A stretch of 28,839 nt of DNA from Candidatus Kaiserbacteria bacterium. GTDB lineage: Bacteria > Patescibacteriota > Minisyncoccia > Phycocordibacterales > Phycocordibacteraceae. The notes under the pieces are model-generated. The model was not told the DNA's origin, did not search any database, and saw nothing but the letters and a program-made list of their open reading frames with translations. Positions 1 to 8,831 of the stretch are shown piece by piece. How positions within the stretch are numbered: the stretch's first letter is position 1; each line of letters begins with the position of its first letter. The stretch lies in contig QIHK01000066.1 in the NCBI GenBank assembly GCA_003230945.1, positions 1 through 28,839 on the forward strand. The letters are read 5' to 3'. The position numbers and the translations under genes were made by a program.

Positions 1-2
1 TG

Positions 3-389
3 CAGGATGCGGTTAAGAAAAATGATGCTACCGCACTTACTCATATCATTTCGATAGCAAAAGGATATCGTATTGCAGCGACTGCCGTATTGGCACTTCC
101 TGTTCCATCTGAACTCGCTTCTGCCGATCTCGCACTCATTAACGCATTTGCGCGACTTGCAGGCATCATTCAGGATTTCGCTGTGGTGAATAGTGATCCA
201 CTTACCACTATGCTCGCTATTCAGCAATATCCAAAAGCTGTTTTAAATCTCTCCAATGCTTTTCTTGAGGTGCATAATGTGTATAAAACAGCAGGTATCT
301 CACTTGTAGATGGCACACCTGGCGCGGCGTTCGTTAATCTTATTCCTAATATCGTGACAGAACAAAAGACCACACACACAACGCCATGA
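3..389 (+). CDS. 5'-truncated hypothetical protein (C-terminal part)
   Basis: Frame is open from base 3 (QDAVKKNDAT...) through the track ORF 90..389. Its TGA overlaps the next ATG (ATGA 386-389). Confidence 0.8.
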   Translation, partial: QDAVKKNDATALTHIISIAKGYRIAATAVLALPVPSELASADLALINAFARLAGIIQDFAVVNSDPLTTMLAIQQYPKAVLNLSNAFLEVHNVYKTAGISLVDGTPGAAFVNLIPNIVTEQKTTHTTP

Positions 390-2149
390 ATATGAATTCT
401 ACACGTATAGTTGCTGTGTTTCTCATCGTGATTATCGTCACGCCAGCTTCTCTTTTCCTTGTTCCGCAACGTGCACACGCTCTTTTGGGTATCCCTATCC
501 CCAAACCCGTTATTGTAATTAGCGATCCATCATATACAAGTCTTCTTAAGCTTGTCAAAAGTACCATCACCTCAATTGAGAGTGCCACAAGTGCCGTCGC
601 AAATACAGCACTTGTAGTTGATAAATATGTACTTGAACCCCTTGCTTTTGCTACCTCCGGCAATCTTATTAAAAAAATGATAGCGGGCGTTCTAGATTTT
701 GTGGGGGGCACTACTAATGGCACTGGTCGACCACAATTTGTGCAAAATCTACAAGGTCATATGCGAGGAGTGGGAGATGTCCAAGCACTTTCATTTCTTA
801 CTGAGTTTAGTAATAATTCGAACTCGCCATTTGCCTCATCGATAGTGTCATCACTGCGTACCCGCTATCTTCAAAACTCTTCTTTGAGTGGTTTTTTCGC
901 GTCGAATCGATCTACTCTCTCGCAGTATTCACCAAATCAAAATGCTTTTCTTGCCGGTGATTGGTCGCAAGGTGGTGTTTCTGCATGGCTTGCTCTCACC
1001 ACACAAGATCAGAATAATCCCTATATGCTCCATGCTCGTGCTCAAGCTGAACTTGGGCAGCTAGTAGCTAATGCTACTAGTGCGCGACTCGCTGATCTTA
1101 ATTGGGGTCAAGGATTTCTCTCTTGGTGTGGTGCTGACTCAAGCATTTCTAGTGCTTCAGGTGTTGCTACCACGTCAGGTGGAGTTTCTGCGAGTGCTTC
1201 AGGTGTTGCTACCACGTCAGGTGGAGTTTCTGCGAGTGCTTCTTCTACAACAAAGTCTTCTTCAGGTCCACGGAATGCTCCTGGTGATGCTTGCACCAAT
1301 GCTGACGGATCTCCCGGCATTATTAAGACACCCGGTTCTACCATTAAAGATAGTCTCAGTAAAGCGCTTGGATTAAATGCAGATAAAATTGTTGCTTTCG
1401 GTAATCAAGTCGGTCCTGAACTAGGAACTATTTTTAGCAATATTGCTACTGTAATGCAAACGGTTAAATTTGCTACCACTATTCTTGGTGGGAGTAATCA
1501 GGGCCTTTCTAGTACCGGTATGATTGGTTCACCGGCGCGCGCAGCACTTCAAAATTTACAGAACAAATCAGGGTACCTTGGTACTACTCAAACATCAGTA
1601 AATAAAAATGCCTCTTCGCAGTTCTTTTCAGGCAAAAAACTACTTTCAAATATAAGACTCTATGAGGCGTCATGGAATACTATTGCTTCAGCGGCAAACA
1701 CTACTTCAACTGCTCTTACAAAGACAACAACTATTTGTAATGCAGCTGGGAATACTTCTCAGGGAACTGCAGCAAATAATGCTCGACTCTTAACAGTTGT
1801 GCCAGTGTTATCACAAGCATCTCGTGTAACGACACAAATAGCGACTGCCCGAGCGTTGATAGCAAAGATGAAGACAGAAGTAAATGCAACGAGTGCGAAA
1901 GCTTTGAGTGCCTACCAGGCAGATTTACAGACGTTACAGACAATGCCTCCCACATCTACTGATGTCGTAAATGCTCAAGAACAGTCTCAGGCATTTGTCG
2001 GAGCTACTATCGTTTCTTCCTCGTCTATGCCCCCTTTTGTAGTTTCTAGAGGTACGATTGTTGATCAGATGAATCTTCTTTTGAAAAATGCGATCACGGT
2101 TGAAATGAGTTGCTCAGCTAGTGGTTCCTCTAAAGGAAATCCCCTATGA
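386..2149 (+). CDS. Secreted/surface protein, 587 aa, Ser/Thr/Ala-rich, CPR-type
   Basis: Hydrophobic N-terminus ending in a signal-peptidase-like ..RAHA motif and a low-complexity S/T/A linker. ATGA overlaps with both neighbours imply one operon. Confidence 0.8.
   Translation: MNMNSTRIVAVFLIVIIVTPASLFLVPQRAHALLGIPIPKPVIVISDPSYTSLLKLVKSTITSIESATSAVANTALVVDKYVLEPLAFATSGNLIKKMIAGVLDFVGGTTNGTGRPQFVQNLQGHMRGVGDVQALSFLTEFSNNSNSPFASSIVSSLRTRYLQNSSLSGFFASNRSTLSQYSPNQNAFLAGDWSQGGVSAWLALTTQDQNNPYMLHARAQAELGQLVANATSARLADLNWGQGFLSWCGADSSISSASGVATTSGGVSASASGVATTSGGVSASASSTTKSSSGPRNAPGDACTNADGSPGIIKTPGSTIKDSLSKALGLNADKIVAFGNQVGPELGTIFSNIATVMQTVKFATTILGGSNQGLSSTGMIGSPARAALQNLQNKSGYLGTTQTSVNKNASSQFFSGKKLLSNIRLYEASWNTIASAANTTSTALTKTTTICNAAGNTSQGTAANNARLLTVVPVLSQASRVTTQIATARALIAKMKTEVNATSAKALSAYQADLQTLQTMPPTSTDVVNAQEQSQAFVGATIVSSSSMPPFVVSRGTIVDQMNLLLKNAITVEMSCSASGSSKGNPL
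1151..1242 (+). repeat. Perfect 42-bp tandem duplication (2 copies + 8 nt), in frame
   Basis: agtgcttcaggtgttgctaccacgtcaggtggagtttctgcg at 1151-1192 and 1193-1234, encoding SASGVATTSGGVSA twice. Confidence 0.95.
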
Positions 2150-2553
2150 AATATTTTGCACTAATTTTATTTAGTTTCTTTCTTTTTACAGGAACAATAA
2201 ATGTATCTATTCCTATCGCTCACGCGACTGCGCCATCAACTCAAACCTCTAGTCAGACAAAAAAGGTAACCAACAAGGTGGCAGAAAAGAAAAAGCTAAC
2301 CAATAAGGTGGCAGAAAAGAAAAAGATAGGCGATAAACCGACAAAAAAGAAAAAGAAAGGCGATAATCCGACAAATCCGACAAATCCTTCAAATGTTGAT
2401 AAAGTTAATGAAGGTTATGGTTTTCTCATGACAAAAATCATGAGTCTTTTTGCATGGCTTCTTGGTGTTGCTGCTCTTCTTCTCGATTGCTGCTCTTCTT
2501 CTCGATTATTCGGTGTACTATACCGTCGTCCATATGGGCACAATTACAAATAA
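2146..2553 (+). CDS. N-terminal fragment of the frameshifted VirB6-like gene (signal peptide + Lys-rich linker)
   Basis: Signal peptide ending ..IAHA and Lys-rich repeats. The sequence after LLLD is out-of-frame read-through to TAA 2551-2553. Confidence 0.6.
   Translation: MKYFALILFSFFLFTGTINVSIPIAHATAPSTQTSSQTKKVTNKVAEKKKLTNKVAEKKKIGDKPTKKKKKGDNPTNPTNPSNVDKVNEGYGFLMTKIMSLFAWLLGVAALLLDCCSSSRLFGVLYRRPYGHNYK
2261..2391 (+). repeat. Four degenerate 30-bp units followed by three 9-bp units
   Basis: Units at 2261, 2291, 2321 and 2351 (e.g. aaaaggtaaccaacaaggtggcagaaaaga / aaaagctaaccaataaggtggcagaaaaga). aatccgaca x2 + aatccttca at 2365-2391 encode NPTNPTNPS. Confidence 0.85.
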
Positions 2554-4231
2554 TCTCTCAACTGTCGGCACTACATGGCGTGTTTTGCGTGATATTGGCA
2601 ATATTATTCTTATATTTGGATTCTTGGCCATTGGTATTACGACCATCCTTCAAGTGAATTGGTATGGCGGTGGCAAAAAAATGATTCCGATACTTTTAGT
2701 GGCTGCAGTATTTCTTAATTTTTCACTTTTTATATCTGAAGCAGTTATTGATACTGGAAATCTTTTTGCAACACAATTCTATACACAAATAAATGGTGGT
2801 CAGCCCGCAAGTGCGGCTATCACATCCAATAGCATACAGAACGAAGGCATATCAAATAAAATAATGTCGCAACTTGGCCTTGCGACTATATATGGGGAAG
2901 CGCAGAATAACACTTTTTCCCTTTCAGCAAGTAGCTCATGGTTTACAGGATTCATGGGTATTATATTATTTTTGGTTGCTGCGATGGTGATGTTTTCTCT
3001 TGCAATTATCCTTATTATTCGATTTGTTATCCTCATCTTTCTTATTATTGTCGCTCCGATTGGATTTGCTGGGCTTGCTGTTCCAAAACTCGCCAGTGTA
3101 GCGAATTCATGGTGGAGCGAGCTTTTTAAACAAACAATAATAGCACCTATTTTACTTCTCATGCTTTATATAGCACTCAGAGTTATTACAGATGTTAATT
3201 TTCTTAGTTCATTTGGAGTGAAAGATAGTGCGACAGCTGCGGCTGCATGGTCGGGTACGCTAACTGGTAATTCCACTAATTTTTCAGGGATACTCCTTTC
3301 GTTCCTTGTTGCCATGGGTCTTCTTTTGGCTGTTACCTATTTTGCTAAACGTCTCGGTGCCACCGGCGCTAATTGGGCTACTAGTATGGGTAGTAAACTT
3401 TCTTTTGGGCTCACTGCAGCATCTACTAGTTATATGATGCGGCATACAATCGGTCGCGGTGCTAATCGTGCTAGAAATTATGTTAAAAAAACTTCATTCG
3501 GACAGTCAGAAATGGGACGGCATTTGTCGGGTGCTTTAAATTATGGTGCAAAAGCGAGTTATGATTTTCGTGGACCAAAGATAGCATCAAAGGGATTAAG
3601 GGCTGCAGGTATTGACGCAGGTACGGCAACAAAAGGCGGTTTTAAAGGATCGCTTGAAAAGGGGGTCAAAGCGCGTGTGGATTATGGAAATAGTCTTAAA
3701 CGGTCAAAAAAGCAGGAAGAGGCTCTGAAATCTGCGGAAGCGCAAAAAGAAGAACACAAAGAGAATTACCAGAGAACTAAATCTGGCCTTGAATCAGAAC
3801 ATGAGGCACAGCTCAAATCTCATAATGAAGGAATTGAAAAACAAAAAGAAAGAATTTCTACATTGGAAAAATTAAGAGATAAACAGCACCCATTTTTTAG
3901 TGAAGAATCTCTCAATGAAGCAAAAACTGCTCTCAAGAAGGAAAATAAATCTCGTGAGGATTTACAAAATATACAAAAGGAAGCAATTAAAGAACTTAAT
4001 GAGTCTTATAAAAAAGGTAAAAAAGATATTCAAGGAATTATTGAGTCTCGTAAAAGAGCACCGCAGGAGAAATATGTAAAAAGTTTGCATGGGTTCCTTT
4101 CCTCATTTGCTCGCTCGAGTGGAGAAGCTGCTCATAAAATTATTAAAAATGAAGTAAAAAAAGGTTTATCTGATGAAGATCTTGGGAAAATAGCAAAACT
4201 TTTTAAAGAAACTGATGAGCAAAAAACATAA
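2450..4231 (+). CDS. C-terminal fragment of the VirB6-like gene (multi-TM core + charged coiled-coil tail)
   Basis: Long ORF with many TM segments followed by a K/E-rich tail. The TTG start at 2450 is probably not real, and an in-frame ATG lies at 2534. Confidence 0.65.
   Translation: MHGFLVLLLFFSIAALLLDYSVYYTVVHMGTITNNLSTVGTTWRVLRDIGNIILIFGFLAIGITTILQVNWYGGGKKMIPILLVAAVFLNFSLFISEAVIDTGNLFATQFYTQINGGQPASAAITSNSIQNEGISNKIMSQLGLATIYGEAQNNTFSLSASSSWFTGFMGIILFLVAAMVMFSLAIILIIRFVILIFLIIVAPIGFAGLAVPKLASVANSWWSELFKQTIIAPILLLMLYIALRVITDVNFLSSFGVKDSATAAAAWSGTLTGNSTNFSGILLSFLVAMGLLLAVTYFAKRLGATGANWATSMGSKLSFGLTAASTSYMMRHTIGRGANRARNYVKKTSFGQSEMGRHLSGALNYGAKASYDFRGPKIASKGLRAAGIDAGTATKGGFKGSLEKGVKARVDYGNSLKRSKKQEEALKSAEAQKEEHKENYQRTKSGLESEHEAQLKSHNEGIEKQKERISTLEKLRDKQHPFFSEESLNEAKTALKKENKSREDLQNIQKEAIKELNESYKKGKKDIQGIIESRKRAPQEKYVKSLHGFLSSFARSSGEAAHKIIKNEVKKGLSDEDLGKIAKLFKETDEQKT
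2468..2505 (+). repeat. Perfect 19-bp tandem duplication causing a frameshift
   Basis: ttgctgctcttcttctcga at 2468-2486 and 2487-2505. 19 mod 3 = 1. Confidence 0.95.
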
Positions 4232-4242
4232 GATATTCTAAA

Positions 4243-5142
4243 ATGAGTATGAATGAAGAACAAAAACAAAAAGAATTAACTTTTGACGAAAGCATAAAAC
4301 AGGTAATGCAAACGTTACCGCCACCGATACATCGCTATCTTGCAAAGGGAGGGTATTCGGTATTTGCACATAGCCTCGTAAGTAAACATGCTTTGCATGG
4401 CAATCAAGGAAATATTCTTGAGCGGGAACTTGTATTGTTACTTATGGGGATAGAGACCCCTAGTCAGTTTTCTTCAGCGCTTGTAGATGAAGCATTTATC
4501 GCTGAAGACATTGTACTTGTCATTATGTCCGATATAAATCAAGAGATATTCACGCCGTTACTTGAAGAGATGAGGAGAGATAAAGAGAAGGGACAAAAGT
4601 CTGCAGAACTGACAGCACAATCGATTGCTCCAGTATCAAGTCACCAGTCGTCACACCTGCCAGAATCGAATAAAGAGGTGAATATGCCAGAGAGCCACCC
4701 TCATTTGGAGAATAAGATTCCGCGTACCGTCACCCCCCCTATTCAGCATACTTCTGCAGAGTTTGGCATTCCGCCACATTTAATTAAAGACTTTGAACAG
4801 CCATCTGCTACCTCTTCTTCTTCATCACTCCGCTCTCCATCGCACGTAGCGCCACTTCCTCCAAAGGCGGTTATGCCGCATAAGGATCAGTCCTATGGTT
4901 CTCCCCGTCCACTTGCACGGAAAAGAAAACCTCTTACTGCTCCACAACCACTCCCTCCACTCCCCACTCCCCACTCGCCAGTACCTCCTCCACAGAATCT
5001 TCCGGGAGTAATGCCAAAAGTGCCGAAAGCTTCTATTAATCGTTTAACTTCACAACAATCACCAAGTGTTCAAACACCAGATTCTACGGACGTATCCATC
5101 TATTCAGTTGACCCCTATCGTGAGTCGGTAGACGAAAATTGA
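4243..5142 (+). CDS. Hypothetical protein: helical N-domain + Pro/Ser-rich disordered tail ending DPYRE
   Basis: 299-aa ORF. The architecture resembles a Parcubacteria-type hypothetical family (from recollection, not searched). Confidence 0.8.
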   Translation: MSMNEEQKQKELTFDESIKQVMQTLPPPIHRYLAKGGYSVFAHSLVSKHALHGNQGNILERELVLLLMGIETPSQFSSALVDEAFIAEDIVLVIMSDINQEIFTPLLEEMRRDKEKGQKSAELTAQSIAPVSSHQSSHLPESNKEVNMPESHPHLENKIPRTVTPPIQHTSAEFGIPPHLIKDFEQPSATSSSSSLRSPSHVAPLPPKAVMPHKDQSYGSPRPLARKRKPLTAPQPLPPLPTPHSPVPPPQNLPGVMPKVPKASINRLTSQQSPSVQTPDSTDVSIYSVDPYRESVDEN

Positions 5143-5153
5143 ACTTTTAGTAG

Positions 5154-5182
5154 TTGCACTTTAGGCACTATTCCTATATATT
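5154..5182 (+). promoter_or_regulatory. sigma70-type promoter for rpsL-rpsG-fusA
   Basis: TTGCAC (5154-5159) - 17 nt - TATATT (5177-5182). The 5' leader hairpin aagtctcgc/gcgggactt lies at 5187-5208. Confidence 0.7.
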
Positions 5183-5217
5183 GCGGAAGTCTCGCTGTGG
5201 CGGGACTTTGAATATAA

Positions 5218-5628
5218 ATGGCAACTATCAATCAACTTTTGAAGAAACACCGAACCAATAAAATTCGGAAAACTAAAGTACTTGCGCTTACGCGTGGTTT
5301 TAATGCACTCAAGAATCGTCCGACATTTTATGCATCGCCATTCAAGCGTGGTGTCTGCACAAAGGTCACTACGAAGACTCCACGAAAACCAAACTCAGCT
5401 ATTCGTAAAATCGCTCGTGTTCGTCTTACGAATGGTATGGAAGTAACGGCATATATTCCAGGTGAAGGTCACAATCTTCAGGAGCACTCAGTTGTAATGC
5501 TTCGTGGTGGTCGTGTAAAAGATATCGGTGTGCAGTACACCATCGTACGTGGCAAACTTGACGCAGCTGGTGTTGATAAGCGTCGTCGTTCTCGTTCTCG
5601 TTATGGCACTAAGAAGCCGAAAGAATAA
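5218..5628 (+). CDS. rpsL: 30S ribosomal protein S12
   Basis: [23 protein letters not shown] and GHNLQEHS motifs. Confidence 0.99.
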   Translation: MATINQLLKKHRTNKIRKTKVLALTRGFNALKNRPTFYASPFKRGVCTKVTTKTPRKPNSAIRKIARVRLTNGMEVTAYIPGEGHNLQEHSVVMLRGGRVKDIGVQYTIVRGKLDAAGVDKRRRSRSRYGTKKPKE

Positions 5629-5657
5629 TATATATTTTCATTTTCTAATTTTTCACT

Positions 5658-6122
5658 ATGCGTAGTCCACTCAAAAAAAAGCGTACCTGGAAACCTGACC
5701 TTAAATACGGTTCGGAAACTCTTACTCGTTTTATTAATGCCGTCATGCTTGACGGTAAGAAAGATATTGCACGTGGCATTGTCTACGATGCTCTTGCCAA
5801 GATAAAAGAGAGTGAAAGTGATCCACTTGAAACATTTGATACTGCGATTCGAAATGTTTCGCCACTTATGGAAGTGCGTTCGCGTCGTGTCGGAGGAGCT
5901 AATTATCAAGTGCCACGTGAAGTGCCCCAAGCGCGCCGTCTGGCTCTTTCTTTTCATTGGTTGATTACTGGTGCTCGTTCTAAGAAAGGTCGCCCTATGG
6001 CGGAGAAACTTGCTGAAGAACTCATGCTCGCTGCAAAAAATGAAGGAGAAGCAATTAAGAAGAAGGAGGACATGCATCGCATGGCTGCCGCCAATAAAGC
6101 ATTTGCCCACTTTGCGTGGTAG
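5658..6122 (+). CDS. rpsG: 30S ribosomal protein S7
   Basis: EVRSRRVGGANYQVP and HRMAAANKAFAHF motifs. Confidence 0.99.
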   Translation: MRSPLKKKRTWKPDLKYGSETLTRFINAVMLDGKKDIARGIVYDALAKIKESESDPLETFDTAIRNVSPLMEVRSRRVGGANYQVPREVPQARRLALSFHWLITGARSKKGRPMAEKLAEELMLAAKNEGEAIKKKEDMHRMAAANKAFAHFAW

Positions 6123-6164
6123 AGTCGAGTAACGCCTTGGCGCTTTTATTTTTATTTTTTACTT

Positions 6165-8312
6165 ATGAAACGAGATTATCCGCTTGAGAAAGTACGCAAC
6201 TTCGGTATCATCGCTCACATCGATGCTGGTAAGACGACTGTATCTGAACGTATTCTTTTCTATACAGGCTCCCAACACAAAATCGGTGAAGTGCACGAAG
6301 GTGAGACAACTACTGATTGGATGGAGCAAGAACGTGAGCGCGGTATCACTATTACTGCTGCCGCCATCACGTGCTTCTGGACACGTACCGATGAGCCTGA
6401 TAAATCTGACAAATCTAAGAAGTTTCGTTTTAATATTATTGATACCCCAGGACACATTGATTTCACTGCCGAAGTACAACGCTCAATGCGTGTACTCGAT
6501 GGGGCTATCGTCGTTTTCGACGGTGTTTCTGGTGTTGAGCCACAATCAGAAACTAATTGGCGTTATGCTGATGATGCAAATGTCCCACGTCTCTGTTTCA
6601 TTAATAAACTTGACCGAATTGGCGCCTCTTTTGAAAATTCCTATAAGAGTATTTTAGATCGGCTCTCTCCTAAAGCAATTCGTGTGCAAATTCCTATTGG
6701 TGAAGAAGCAAATCATGAAGGAGTTGTAGACCTTCTTACAATGAAAGGATTTACCTTTTCTGGAAATATGGGAGAGGAGGTAATTGAAGGGGAGGTACCG
6801 GAATCTCTTGTTGCAGTAGCAAAAAAATATCGTAATGAGCTCATCGAACGTATTGTTGAGCAAGATGAATCAGCGATGAATATGTATCTTGAAGGTACTG
6901 AACCTTCACTCGAAGAACTTAAAAAACTTCTTCGTAAGGGTGTTATTGCAAATGAAATTTTCCCCGTGTATTGCGGAAGTGCACTCAAGAATAAAGGTGT
7001 TCAGCTCATACTTGACGGTGTCGTTGATTATCTCCCTTCGCCACTCGATCTTCCACCAATTACCGGCATCAATCCGAAGACAGATAAGCCAGTTGAACGA
7101 CACGCATCTGATGACGAACCATTCACCGCTCTTGTATTTAAACTTCAAACAGACCCATTTGTAGGAGCTCTCACGTTCTTCCGTGTCTATTCGGGGACTC
7201 TCTCTGCCGGTTCGTATGTGTACAATTCAATGACTAACTCGAAAGAGAGAATAGGACGTATCGTACGTCTTCAGGCTGATAAACGTGAAGAAGTAGAACA
7301 GGTATTCGCAGGAGAAATTGCTGCAGCCGTTGGTCTTAAAGACACAAAAACTTCGCACACACTCTGTGATGAAGCGAATCCTATTATTCTTGAGGAAATT
7401 GTTTTCCCGGAGCCAGTGGTATCAGTACGCATCGAGCCGAAGACGAAGGCTGATCAAGAAAAGATGGGTGTTGCTCTACGCAAGCTCTCAGATGAGGATC
7501 CAACCTTCCGTGTTTCAAGTGATGAAGAAACAGGAGAAACTATTATTGCCGGTATGGGGGAGCTACATCTTGAGATTCTTATCGACCGTATGAAGCGTGA
7601 ATTTAATGTGGTCGCTGATACAGGTAGACCACAAGTGGCTTATCGAGAAACGATTTTGAGTTCTTCTGAGGCCGAACATAAATATATAAAACAAACAGGT
7701 GGTCGTGGACAATATGGTCATGTGAAACTGAAACTAAAGAAACTTGAACAAATTGATCCAGAAGCAAAGATTCCTAAAAATGTTAAACGAGAAGATCATT
7801 TTGAATTCATCAATAATATTAAAGGAGGGGTTATTCCACAGGAATTCATTCCAGCGGTAGAGAAAGGTATTCGTGAAGCAATGGCACGAGGTATTCTCGC
7901 TGGCTATCCGGTAGTCGATGTCTCCATTGATCTCTATGACGGTTCATTCCACGATGTCGACTCATCAGAAATTGCTTTCAAAATTGCTGCGTCACTCGCT
8001 TTTCAAGAGGCTGCGAAAAAAGCGAAGCCAGTCATCCTCGAACCGATTATGAAAATCGAAGTTATTATTCCAGAACAATTTATGGGAGATATCACGGGAA
8101 ATATCTCAGGAAAGCGTGGTGCCATTGAAAGCATGGAAGAGCGCGGTATAAATAAAGTTGTTCATGCAAAAGTACCTCTTTCTGAAATGTTTGGTTACAC
8201 CACGACACTTCGTTCTATGACTGAAGGTCGTGGCAGTATGACGATGGAATTCGATCATTATGATGTCGTTCCACAAAATGTTGCCACGGATATCATTTCA
8301 TCACGCGAATAA
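6165..8312 (+). CDS. fusA: Elongation factor G
   Basis: AHIDAGKTT, RGITI, DTPGHIDF, NKLD, KQTGGRGQYGHV and GSFHDVDSSE motifs. Confidence 0.99.
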   Translation: MKRDYPLEKVRNFGIIAHIDAGKTTVSERILFYTGSQHKIGEVHEGETTTDWMEQERERGITITAAAITCFWTRTDEPDKSDKSKKFRFNIIDTPGHIDFTAEVQRSMRVLDGAIVVFDGVSGVEPQSETNWRYADDANVPRLCFINKLDRIGASFENSYKSILDRLSPKAIRVQIPIGEEANHEGVVDLLTMKGFTFSGNMGEEVIEGEVPESLVAVAKKYRNELIERIVEQDESAMNMYLEGTEPSLEELKKLLRKGVIANEIFPVYCGSALKNKGVQLILDGVVDYLPSPLDLPPITGINPKTDKPVERHASDDEPFTALVFKLQTDPFVGALTFFRVYSGTLSAGSYVYNSMTNSKERIGRIVRLQADKREEVEQVFAGEIAAAVGLKDTKTSHTLCDEANPIILEEIVFPEPVVSVRIEPKTKADQEKMGVALRKLSDEDPTFRVSSDEETGETIIAGMGELHLEILIDRMKREFNVVADTGRPQVAYRETILSSSEAEHKYIKQTGGRGQYGHVKLKLKKLEQIDPEAKIPKNVKREDHFEFINNIKGGVIPQEFIPAVEKGIREAMARGILAGYPVVDVSIDLYDGSFHDVDSSEIAFKIAASLAFQEAAKKAKPVILEPIMKIEVIIPEQFMGDITGNISGKRGAIESMEERGINKVVHAKVPLSEMFGYTTTLRSMTEGRGSMTMEFDHYDVVPQNVATDIISSRE

Positions 8313-8351
8313 GAGCACCCGTTCTTATATATGAAGATAGGTTCTCCTGCT

Positions 8352-8795
8352 CTATGGGAGAAGCCCCGTAACATTCATTGTCGTAGTGAATTGTGATTGC
8401 ATCGTATTAATTTGAAGTGAATATCCTAATATAATGATGTTTGCAATCATCACAACAAGGAATAGGTGAAGGGCAAAATGTATAGCGGCGCTCCAGTGCT
8501 TTTTGTGTGGAAGATAGAATCCAAATACAAGAAATATTTCCCACAGAGAGAGTACAAATGCGAAGTACCATCCCCACAAAGAAGATAGTATAAGTTCACT
8601 GCCAATTAAATAAAGAAATATTCCGACACTAGCAAGACAAATGGTATTTATAATGAGCGGAAAGCGGAATGACTCGAGTAGTGGAAACAAAGCGGGGAAA
8701 AGTAGCTTTATTTTTTTTGGAAAAAATAATAAAGCTACTGCAAAAAATATATAGAAGAAAGATACAAGAAAATAAAGGATAGCAAGTATGTTCAT
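8352..8795 (-). CDS. Small integral membrane protein (about 4 TM), unknown function
   Basis: 147-aa ORF dominated by four hydrophobic segments, divergent from the SGNH gene. Confidence 0.75.
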   Translation of the reverse strand: MNILAILYFLVSFFYIFFAVALLFFPKKIKLLFPALFPLLESFRFPLIINTICLASVGIFLYLIGSELILSSLWGWYFAFVLSLWEIFLVFGFYLPHKKHWSAAIHFALHLFLVVMIANIIILGYSLQINTMQSQFTTTMNVTGLLP

Positions 8796-8831
8796 GCTCC
8801 AGTGAAATTTACAAGTGTTATATTAACACAA

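Larger units (their letters stand above)
2146..4231 (+). pseudogene. TrbL/VirB6-like polytopic membrane protein interrupted by a +1 frameshift (688 aa if repaired)
   Basis: Deleting one copy of the 19-bp duplication at 2468-2505 fuses ORF 2146..2553 and ORF 2450..4231 into ...LLGVAALLLDYSVYYTVVHMG...TWRVLRDIGNIILIFGFLAIGITTIL. The WxxxRDxxN motif and the multi-TM core are typical of CPR VirB6-like proteins (recognised, not searched). Confidence 0.7.

Noticed and set aside
1151-2505. CRISPR array
   Set aside because: The repeats are directly adjacent with no unique spacers and lie inside coding sequence. There are no cas genes.
2450-2533. TTG start giving an independent 593-aa gene
   Set aside because: The first codons are out-of-frame sequence of the upstream fragment and the duplicated 19-mer. 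A single frameshifted gene explains both ORFs better.
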